Assembly: GCA_964016885.1 (NCBI GenBank)
Contig: OZ024742.1
Coordinates: 117,676,001-117,740,000 of the forward strand
Direction: 5' to 3'
Length of the DNA: 64,000 nt
Source: Eledone cirrhosa
Lineage: Eukaryota
A program made the position numbers and the translations under genes. Below, one piece after another: positions 52,884 through 64,000 of the stretch. The first letter of the stretch is position 1. Each line of letters begins with the position of its first letter. Below the pieces are notes generated by a model that was not told where the DNA came from, did not search any database, and worked only from the letters and a program-made list of their open reading frames with translations.

Positions 52884-53230
52884 TCATCATCATCATCATC
52901 ATCATCATTTTACGTCCGCGTTTCCCTGCTTGCAAGGGTGGGACAAGAACTGATTCTGGCTTGATTTCTACAGCTGGATGCCTTTCCTAACACCAACCTC
53001 ATTTACAGTGAGTGCTGGGTGCTTTTTTGCCGTGGCACCTCCACGACCACTTTGCAGTGGAATGATAGGGACCCCAGTCCCTATCATCTCATTTCTACAG
53101 CTGAGTAAACTGGAGCAATGTGAAATAAAGTGTCTTGCTCAAGGAAACAACACATCACCCGGTCTGAGAATTGAACTCACAACCTTTCGATTGCAAGGCC
53201 AATACTCTAACCATTAAGCCATGTGCCTCC
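52884..53230 (-). mobile_element. SINE family B, full-length
   Basis: Reverse complement of 43913..44258. Confidence 0.88.
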
Positions 53231-53526
53231 ACATGATGTATGTAAATAATTGGTAAATGGTAAATATTCCATGTTATAATATAATATTTACACAGCAATT
53301 AGCATATTTTATTTTAATATGCGCAGATAAATAAAATGATGAATTTTTTAATTTAAAAATAAAATGGAAATATGATGAATTATGAAAATATAATCATGGT
53401 AATTCTATAAAAAATTCTTCCTTTAAAATATGAAAATACAATTAATTTCTGGTGACTTTATAGATATGTCCTGGAAGGATATATGAGCACCTCACTGAAG
53501 AAGGACCAATTTCATTCAATAGATAA

Positions 53527-53943
53527 CTAAATAGTGAAAATCACAAACAACAGAGCTAGTAGTAATAACATGTAGTTGATTACTACACCAAATGGAGCAG
53601 CATTACAGCCATCTTGAACACAATAACATGTCTCTGTTAATACACCAGCTTCATCCCAAGCCCTCTGGCAACCCCAAGCAACACCATCATATGTTCTGCT
53701 GGCACAACTTCGAGTTATCTTGATCCAACCATTCCATCCAGGGCTTTGCTGATACCTTTTCATGCAAAACTGCCCAGGTACATTTGCTTCAAAGCTATTG
53801 CAATCAACCATTGCATTAACTCCTGTATCAAAGGACTCAGTTGAAGGACAAGAAAGGTCTTCATTGCTGTCACACTGGTAGCACTGTATGGCAATACCCG
53901 CGGGTATATAAGCCAACGCAATTAAAAATAAAAAGCATTTCAT
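53527..53943 (-). CDS. Ly6/uPAR three-finger protein, quiver/sleepless / U-scoloptoxin-05-like, predicted GPI-anchored (138 aa, intronless CDS)
   Basis: Hydrophobic signal peptide, CYQC start, 10 cysteines in the mature domain, terminal CYC..DGCN, hydrophobic C-terminal tail; AATAAA on the minus strand at 53308-53313. Confidence 0.92.
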   Translation of the reverse strand: MKCFLFLIALAYIPAGIAIQCYQCDSNEDLSCPSTESFDTGVNAMVDCNSFEANVPGQFCMKRYQQSPGWNGWIKITRSCASRTYDGVAWGCQRAWDEAGVLTETCYCVQDGCNAAPFGVVINYMLLLLALLFVIFTI

Positions 53944-54190
53944 ATTAAAAGGTCCGTGTAAAATATGGCAGTACGTAATTACAGCACCTGGCTACTATGA
54001 CTTCCACCTCATTGACTTAACGTACGCCAGGTAACAAGGCGGTGACAATATGTAATATATGCATATATATATACAGCGTGAAAGATGGACATTAAACGAT
54101 GATGATGATGATGATATATATTATATTGTTATATTATATTATATCTAACATTATATATCTATATATATATCATTATATATCTATATATTA

Positions 54191-54842
54191 GGGTGGTGGA
54201 TTGGCAGTATCGGTAGAGGGTCGGACGCCATGCTTTCCAGCATAGTTACGTCCCTTTATGATCTGAGTTCAAATCCCGCCGAGGTTGACTTTGCCTTTCA
54301 TCCTTACGGGGTCGATAAAATAAAGTACCAGTAATACACTGGGTAATTTGCTGGCCTTGTGCCTAAAGTAGAAACAATTATATATCTATATATTATATTA
54401 TATCTAACATTATATATCTATACAATAGGGCGGGGGATTGGCAGTATCGGTAGAGGGTCGGACGCCATGCTTTCCAGCATAGTTACGTCCCTTTACGATC
54501 TGAGTTCAAATCCCGCCGAGGTTTACTTTGCCTTCCATCCTTACGAGGTCGATAAAATAAAGTACCAGTAATGCACTGGGTAATTGCTGGCCTTGTGCCT
54601 AAAGTAGAAACAATTATATATCTATACAATCTATACAATATATATATTTTTTTATTATATTATATCATATTATATATATATACGGACGCCATGCTTTGAC
54701 GCATAGAGTTACGGCCCTTGCCATTCTGAGTTCAAATCCCGCCGAGGTTAACTTTGCCTTTCATCCTTACGGGGTTGATAAAATAAAGTACCAGTAATAC
54801 ACTTGATAATTGCTGGCCTTGTGCCAAAAGTAGAAACAATTA
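54191..54842 (+). mobile_element. Three tandem SINE family A copies (54191-54378, 54428-54614, 5'-truncated 54682-54842)
   Basis: Repeated head, core and tail separated by AT-rich spacers; TATATTATATCTAACATTATATATCTATA precedes both of the first two copies. Confidence 0.88.
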
Positions 54843-54877
54843 TATTTTATTAAATGTATATAATATATATATATATA

Positions 54878-55255
54878 TTAATAAAAACAATGAATAAAAA
54901 CAAAGAAACAGTTCCTTATATTAAAAAATTCATCATTTTTTCGATCGTTTCTAGGATATATATGTGTGTGTTGGTATGTATATCATATAGATCTATGTAA
55001 AAATTTTACAAACTATCAGAGTGAATATACATACCTTCACACATATATATGCTGTCTTCAGAAATAATTATTTCTGAAGACAGCATATATATGTGAAGGT
55101 ATGTATATTCCCTCTGATAGTTTGTAAAATGTTTACATAGATCTATATGATATACATACCAACACACACATATATATCCTAGAAACGATCGAAAAAATGA
55201 TGAATTTTTTAATATAAGGAACTGTTTCTTTGTTTATATTCATTCTTTTTATTAA
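54878..55255. repeat. ~378-bp near-perfect spacerless palindrome
   Basis: Arms of 190 and 188 bp centred on CAGAAATAA|TTATTTCTG (55067/55068), few mismatches. Confidence 0.93.
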
Positions 55256-55857
55256 TTTATCTTGACTCTGTTTTCCTGTGATTTTCATCGAAAAAATTTT
55301 TGAATACATCTTTTCTTCTCATGATATTTGGATTACATTGAGTTCTTCATACGGATTGGACACTACCGTATATTTTGGTAGATTTATCTACATATATATA
55401 TATTATTATTTATAATTAACTTCTTAATTAATTAAGAAGTTAATTATAATATCTTTGTAATTAATATTATTGCAATCAATGTTCATAATAATAAATCATG
55501 ACATCTGCATATGATGACCAGTTAGTGTTAAAATAGTGACCTAGGAAACAGCAATGTCTGGCTAGTATGTTTAAAGAGGGGTAGTAACCAAGATATTAAA
55601 TGACAGAGGTTTCTGAGGGTGATGTTATATTGAGTCAGACTAAAACATTCTTAAGAGCCAAGGTCGTTGGTAGTAGTAAATGGACATCTGTAAAGTGTCT
55701 ATTTAAGTACACTGTATATTAAATCTGTTATATGAAAATATGTTGTATTATGTAAAGGCAGCAAATTGGCCAAGTTGTTTGAGTTTCAGATAGAATAACT
55801 TAAGGTAGTTATTCGTGGTCGTCTAACCCATGCTAGCATGGAAGATGGACGTTAAAC

Positions 55858-55888
<31 letters not shown>

Positions 55889-56175
55889 CAGATCCTCTAC
55901 AATCTCTGTTTAAATTCTGCAAAGGTTAATTTTGTATTTCATCCCGCTAAGGTAGATAAATAAAGAACCAGTCATATGTTCTGTTTGATTATTCTTTGTC
56001 TGTTCATTTGTTCTCTGTTTTCACTCTCATTTCAGCTATGACTATTAATTACACTATCTTCATCATCATTATTTGTCATGTCCATTTTAACCTGCTTGCA
56101 TCAGTGTTTTTTAAGGGTATGGTATTGTACTTTATGATGGTCTATGAAAATTAACTTTGTAAAATTCTGTATGTA

Positions 56176-56262
<87 letters not shown>

Positions 56263-58189
56263 TTATCCCGGGTTCAATCGGGGGTAACCACAGTAAGTAA
56301 GGTACTCAATACATAACAGAGTATAAATATTTAATATAGAAATGGCTTCTACAGGACTAGAACTATTTCATTCGGAAGAAATCATCATATATATGTGTAG
56401 TTCAAGATAATATAGATCCCATCTAGGGAAATTGACAAAGCTGAAGAATCCTCCTGGCCTTTTGTTTAGCAAGCTTTTTATGTCTGGATGCCCTTCCTAC
56501 TCCTAACTACTTTACTGGGTGTACTAGGTGCATTTATCAAGTAAGTCACTAACACTAGGGTGGATATTATATCTTTAACATTGCTAATGAGTCCACCCAA
56601 ACCTATATATGTAGAAATTACTGTGGAAGAGTCAGTTTTGCCATTAAAAACATAAAAAAATTGTTAACTTCACTACATCTCCTTCTACATATTTCTTTGT
56701 GTTGAAACATTGCACTCAGACATATCGCCTTTTGAAAATGTTTGAGTATTCTGTTATGCAGTTGGTATTTTGGGGAACCAATGAAGTTGGCTCTGCATGT
56801 ACAGTTCGACTCATACACTACAAGGCCTTTCAGGCATATTGGTTTTATATTGTTGTTGTTAATTCCTGTGGTAGTGTAGTTTTTGACAGGACATCTACGA
56901 AGGCAGAAAGCATTTTATTCGATGTTCTGCATGAGGTGTTGTCGCAACATCCTTCCACGCCTTGTTACTTGCTCTGGGAGGTCTGATCTTTTGATACAGT
57001 TTCTCAGATAATTTTCTGTCTGTTCTCCTTGGTATGGCAGATCAATGTAGGCCCAGGTTTTATCTTTGTTCACTTGTTTCTTTCTCTCCTTTTCTTTCTT
57101 CTATATATAGAGATTTTTACAAATAATGTATTTATGGAAACATTTATTTGTATATAGCATGGGTTTGATGGTCTGATATTAATTATCAGTAGCATACCTC
57201 TATTATGGATCATGCTGTCTTAGAGCTATTACCAGTTTGCGAAGTCCACATATGCAAATAAGTATTTTCTATAACTGTACTATTTATATGTATATAAGCT
57301 AAATTTGCCTCAGCACCGAGAGAATAAATGTCCCTGAAGATGGATAAAAATCCTGAAATACTAGTCATTAGCATTCTCACATGACCACTGAGGTAGCTGT
57401 GACATGGTCCCATAGCAAAAAAATATTTGTTTATTATACATTAACGTTTTGAATTTCACATTTCTCTAGTTTACTCAGCTGTAGAAATGAGTTGCAATGT
57501 CACTGGTGCCAAGTTATATTGGCCATTGCCTTTCCCTTGGGCAACATCTGGGGCATGGAGAGGAAAGGCTGGTATGCATGGGCAACTGCTGGTCTTCCAC
57601 AAACAGCCTTGCCTGGACTTGTGCCTCAGAGGGGAACTTTCTAGGTGTAAATTTCATGATCATTCGCGACTGAAGGGGGTCTTTATATATATATATATCA
57701 TCATCATCATCATCATCGTTTAATGTCCATCTTCATGCTAACATAGGTTAGACGTTTCTTTTTCCACTTGATGCAGGATTGGTTGGGAGACTGTGTCTTG
57801 CTCATACAGAACTATCCCTGGCAGCTTTTCTACAGCTGGATGCCCTTCCTAACACCAACCACATTTACAGTGTGGACTGGGTGCTTTTTTGTTGTCAGGT
57901 TTCAGTCATTGAACTGATGCCATGCTGAAGCACTGCCTTGAGAGGTTTTAGTTGATTATATCATCCCAGTACTTATTTTATCGATCTCTATTTGTTGAAC
58001 AGAACATAAACAAATTTACAGACACACATGCACCCTGTTCTGTATCCAGTTTAGAATAGGTGTACTGTATCCTTGCATATTGCAAGAAGCAGCTAAAAGG
58101 GTTGATGCCAGAAAGGGCATTAGGCTATAAAATCTTCCTTCACAAAGTCTTGTTCAACCCATGCCAGAATAGAAAATCCGATATAAAAA

Positions 58190-58253
58190 CGATGATGATG
58201 ATGATGACAATGATGATGATGATAATGATGATAATGATGGTGGTGGTGGTGAC

Positions 58254-58288
<35 letters not shown>

Positions 58289-58302
58289 GATGATGATGAT
58301 GA
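58190..58302. repeat. (ATG)n microsatellite, tail of an RTE/SINE 3' end
   Basis: Direct inspection; preceded by an AACCCATGCCAG...AAAAC tail. Confidence 0.85.
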
Positions 58303-59007
58303 CACTGTTACTACAACTGTTCAACTATTCTCCTCCACTTCAAATTTCCCCCCACTTGTTTACCATTTCAGCAGAATTCTTATTCCTTCCTTCCTTCCTT
58401 CCTTCTTCTTTCTCCATCTTCTTTCATTATAAGACATCATTAGCAGCTCTTCCAACTATAAAGAAGATCTTTCAGTATATGGAAGTTACCAAAAGATTCA
58501 ACAACAGAAACTTTGAACTGTTTTATAGTTGTTCATGGTTTTGACCCTTTTTTTCCTTTATTTATGCTTCTTTTCCCCACTTCCATAGTCCTTCTCTTTC
58601 TTTCTTTCTCTCTCTCTCTCTTTCCCCCATCTTTCTCTCTCTCTCCCTCTTCTCTCTCTCTCTCTCCTGTTTTTGTTTCTTAATTGTAAGATGTATCAGA
58701 TACCTCTTCTGGTTTTGCCATGCCCTACTAGTTCTATACGAACGCTGACATTAATTTAATACACAAATAAATAAATAAATAAATAAATAACAGAAGAATT
58801 CCACTGCCACCACCTTCATATCTTACTGTGAGAATGGCCAACAGACACACAGACATACTGACAGAGAGACAAACAGACACACTGACCGACTGAGTTAAGA
58901 CACAAATACCAAAACTATAGCAACTGCTGAGTAGTAGCTACTTATACAGTATTAATCACTGGCAATACTTACACAGAGAAACTTCCTCCTGCTTTTTTTA
59001 TTTTACT

Positions 59008-60010
<1,003 letters not shown>

Positions 60011-60255
60011 GCTTTTCTTACTTGACAACATATGACTTCTACCATTCCACCCACTACCCAATATTCCTTCTCTATGCCACCTTCTCACTTTTTCTGTCTT
60101 TCTTTGTCTTTCTTTCCCTTTTTCTCTCTCTCCTTTGCTCAAATAAACTATGTTCTACATACCTTTCCATTGTTGATCTATTAGCTTTCTTTCTCTCTCT
60201 CTTTCTCTCAAATATCTTTCTTTATCATTCCTTCTTTCCTATAGCTGATTTGCTG

Positions 60256-60297
<42 letters not shown>

Positions 60298-60414
60298 TTA
60301 AGTATGCTCTATTATTCCTTCCTTCCAAAAGCACTCCCCCTCTCATTTTTTTCCTCTCTTTCCCCTCGCTTTCTCCTTCCCACTCTCTCCATCTTTCTAT
60401 TTCCCATCCTGTAC

Positions 60415-60471
<57 letters not shown>

Positions 60472-61109
60472 GATATACTCTATCAGCTATTCCTCCCACC
60501 AATACTCCCCCCTATCTCTCTGCTCCTTCTCTCTCTTCTTTCACTTTGTCTCATAAGTTCTTGCCATACACATAAATGGAAATAATTCTACTTAATTTTC
60601 TTTCTTTCTTTTCTATTGTCTTATATGATTTCATCTTCTAAAGTTGAAGTGACCAAAATTTAGAATGTTCAAATTATTCAACATTTATATTTAAAATGTA
60701 AAAATTAGAAGAAAGAAAGGAATGTTTTTGGTTGTCTTTTTTAATCCCCTAATAACATACTATTTAAAAATAATGATGACACATTTTTGAGTGAACTAGA
60801 GACCAACTGTTAGAAACTCAATGACCAGGATAAATTGCAGAAACTGGTGTTGATTGCTAAATGTGAGTTCCCAAACTTTTACATAAAACTTTGTTAACTA
60901 TATATATTTTTTAAGATGTCTTTTTTTTATATGGTTATTTATTATCATGCAGGCATGGCTACATGGTTAAGAAGTTTCGCTTAACAAACATGTAGATTTG
61001 GATTTGATTTCTCTGTGTGACACCGCTACAGCCTCGGGTTGATCAATATCTTGTGAGTAAAATTCAGTAGATGGAAACTGTGCAGAAACACATCATGTGT
61101 GTGTGCATG

Positions 61110-62150
61110 TGACCATGTATGTATTTATGTCTGACCATGTATGTATTTATATCTGAAAATGAATGTATTTATGTCTGACCATGTATGTATTTATGTCTGA
61201 CCATGTATGTATTTATGTCTGAAAATGAATGTATTTATGTCTGAAAATGAATGTATTTATGTCTGACCATGTATGTATTTATGTCTAACCATGTATGTAT
61301 TTATATCTGACCATGTATGTATCTATGTCTGAAAATGTATGTATTTATGCCTGACCATGTATGTATTTATGTCTAACCATGTATGTATTTATGTCTAACC
61401 ATAGAATGTATGTCTGACCATATATGTATTTATGTCTGAAAATGAATGTATTTATGTCTGACCATGTATGTATTTATGTCTAACCATGTATATATTTATG
61501 TCTAACCATGTATGTATTTATGTCTGACCATGTATGTATCTATATCTGAAAATGTATGTATTTATGCCTGACCATGTATGTATTTATGTCTAACCATGTA
61601 TCTATTTATGTCTAACCATAGAATGTATGTCTGACCATATATGTATTTATGTCTGACCATGTATGTATATCTGACCATATATGTATTTATGTCTGACCAT
61701 GTATGTATGTATGTCTGACCATATATGTATTTATGTCTGACCATGTATGTATCTATGTCTAACCATGTATATATTTATGTCTAACCATGTATGTCTGACC
61801 ATGTATCTATTTATGTCTAACCATAGAATGTATGTCTGACCATATATGTATTTATGTCTGACCATGTATGTATGTCTGACCATATATGTATTTATATCTG
61901 ACCATGTATGTATGTATGTCTGACCATATATGTATTTATGTCTGACCATGTATGTATTTATGTCTGACCATATATGTATTTATGTCTGACCATATATGTA
62001 TGTCTGACCATATATGTATTTATGTCTGACCATGTATGTATTTATGTCTGACCATGTATGAATTTATGTCTGACCATGTATAATTTTATGTCTGACCATG
62101 TATGTATTTATTTTTCACAATGTATGTATTTATGTCTGACCATGTATGCA
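61110..62150. repeat. 20-bp minisatellite (TATGTATTTATGTCTGACCA), ~50 units with 16-bp variants
   Basis: Direct inspection. Confidence 0.93.
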
Positions 62151-62570
62151 TTTATCTCTTAATATTTAGTACTATTTGTTTATGTCCAGTAACCTAACAG
62201 CTTGGTAAAATATAGGTTGGTAAAATATATACCAGACTTAAAGAAATATGTACTGGGGTTGAAATAAATACTTAGTCCTTTGAGACAGTGCTCCAGCATG
62301 GGTACAATTCAATGAATGAAACTTGTGAAAGAGTAAAAGAGTGCCATAATTCTTCATAGGTGGCCATTTCCAATCCTTTTGTGGATACCTATAATTGTTT
62401 TCTTCTGTTATATATTTTAACCTGCTTTTTGTTTTTTGTGTTTTATTTTTTGTCTCTTCTGTGTTTATTGTATATGTACACCTCAACATGTTTGTAATCA
62501 TTTGGTATAAAATATTTTGATTGAGACCTTGCGGTCAATACAGAAAATGATATTATTATTATTGGGTCAA

Positions 62571-62758
62571 GGGTGGTGGATTCGCAGTATCGGTAGAGTG
62601 TCAGATGCCATGCTTTGCCACGTAGAGTTATGTCCCTTTACGTTCTGAGTTCAAATCCTGCCGAGGTTAACTTTGCCTTTCATTCTTACAGGGTCTATAA
62701 AATAAAGTACCAGTAATGAACTGGGATAATTGCTGGCCTTGTGCCAATAGTAGAAACA
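62571..62758 (+). mobile_element. SINE family A with TSD
   Basis: ATTATTGGGTCAAGG present on both flanks. Confidence 0.85.
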
Positions 62759-62989
62759 ATTATTGGGTCAAGGTCAGGTGTTGGCAGAATAGTTAGAGTA
62801 TTGCTTTGTGGAATTTATTTTGGATCTTTACATTCTGAGTCCAAAGGTTAGCTTTGACTTATCCTTATAGGTTCAATAAAATAAAGTAACAGTAATGCAC
62901 TGGGGTTGATTTAATTGACTTTTCTCTCACACCAAATTGTTGACCTTGTGCCTAGATCAGTTACTATTATTATTGTTATTATTGTTCTT

Positions 62990-63336
62990 TGAGTCTCAGT
63001 CATTGATGTTATTTAACTGGAAAGTTTGTTGAAATGAATATCAAGCCGCTACATGCAGCCTCAGATATTCAGGACGTATCGGAGGGTTCTTGCTGTTCCC
63101 AGCAAACATGCCTTTTGAAGTGTTCCAAAAAGCGGGGCTGGACTAATCTTCTTTAACCATCCTTGGAAACTCTTTGAGATAGTAACTAGTGCGCCTATGA
63201 CAATCGGGACGATCCTGACTTCATGGCAGTTCCAAATCCTTTTTACCTCCCACTTTAAGTCCTGGTATCGGTTAATTTTCTCCCTCTCCTTTTCTTGAAC
63301 ACTCGTGTCAAATGGGCAGGCTACATCTACAATCAG
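62990..63336 (-). mobile_element. 3' end of an RLE-type (R4/Dong-like) non-LTR retrotransposon
   Basis: Minus strand LIVDVACPFDTSVQEKEREKINRYQDLKWEVKRIWNCHEVRIVPIVIGAL...LQKACLLGTARTLRYVLNI. Confidence 0.8.
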
Positions 63337-63370
63337 TATTATTATTATTATTGTTGTTGTTATTATTAAT

Positions 63371-63553
63371 AGCGGTGGATTGGCAGTATCGGTAGAAGGT
63401 CAGACGCCATGCTTTGCAGCAAAGAGTTATGGCCCTTTATGGTCTGAGTTCAAATCCCACCGAAGTTAACTTCGCCTTTCATCCTTACGGGTCGATAAAA
63501 TAAAGTAATACACTGGGATAATTGCTGGCCTTGTGCCAAAAGTAGAAACAATT
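63371..63553 (+). mobile_element. SINE family A
   Basis: Head, core and tail as in other copies. Confidence 0.85.
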
Positions 63554-63579
63554 ATTGTTATTATTATGAATTTGATATC

Positions 63580-64000
63580 TCAGTCATTGATGTTATTTAA
63601 GTGGAAAATTTACCCTAATGAACATCAATCTGCTACCTGCAGCCTCAAATATTCAGGATGTATCGGAGGGTCCTTTCTGGTCCCAGTAAGCATGCCTTTT
63701 GGTGTGTTCCAAAACTGAGGGCTGGGCTAATGTTCTTTAACCAGCCTTGGAAACTGTTTGAGATAGTACCTAATGCTTTTATGACAATGGAGGCGACCTT
63801 GACCTCATGACAGTTCCAAATTCTTTTCAGTCTTCCCATTAATTTTCTCCTCTTTTTCTTGCACTCTTGTGTCAAAAGGGCAAGCTATATCTATAATCAA
63901 GCAAGATCTTTTTTCTTTGTCAAAACCCCCCAGGTCAAGCCTATTGAGTTCTAATTCTTTGTCCATTTGTATCTTGAAATCCCATAGCACCTTCACCTGA
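63580..64000 (-). mobile_element. Second, diverged copy of the RLE-type LINE 3' end
   Basis: KVLWDFKIQMDKELELNRLD...CLIIDIACPFD (restriction-like endonuclease motif) and QKACLLG motifs. Confidence 0.8.

Overview
AT-rich, microsatellite- and transposon-dense animal genomic DNA. The repeat families resemble those of octopus/coleoid cephalopods; this is an inference. Two host genes are supported. (1) A complete 14-exon DDHD1-like intracellular phospholipase A1 on the + strand (4708..36647, 759 aa by my splice model; all introns GT-AG and phase-consistent; AHSLG catalytic motif), plus a candidate 21-nt micro-exon. (2) A Ly6/uPAR three-finger (quiver/sleepless-like) GPI-anchored protein with an intronless CDS on the - strand (53527..53943). 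The rest is mobile DNA: a degenerate CsRn1-type Ty3/Gypsy element (LTR, tRNA-Trp PBS, CHCC knuckle), a Merlin (IS1595-like) element with ~90-bp TIRs and a 9-bp TSD, hAT and Tc1/mariner MITEs, a Helitron-like 3' end, a putative solo LTR, Penelope-like fragments with hammerhead-type motifs and fold-back palindromes, RTE, CR1, Tx1/L1 and RLE-type LINE fragments, two tRNA-derived SINE families and two 20-bp satellites. I found no convincing wholly new system. The best leads are the flip/flop fold-back at 41.2 kb, the 378-bp spacerless palindrome and SINE triplet upstream of the Ly6 gene, the Ly6 gene itself, the hammerhead motifs, the micro-exon and a structured GC island upstream of DDHD1.
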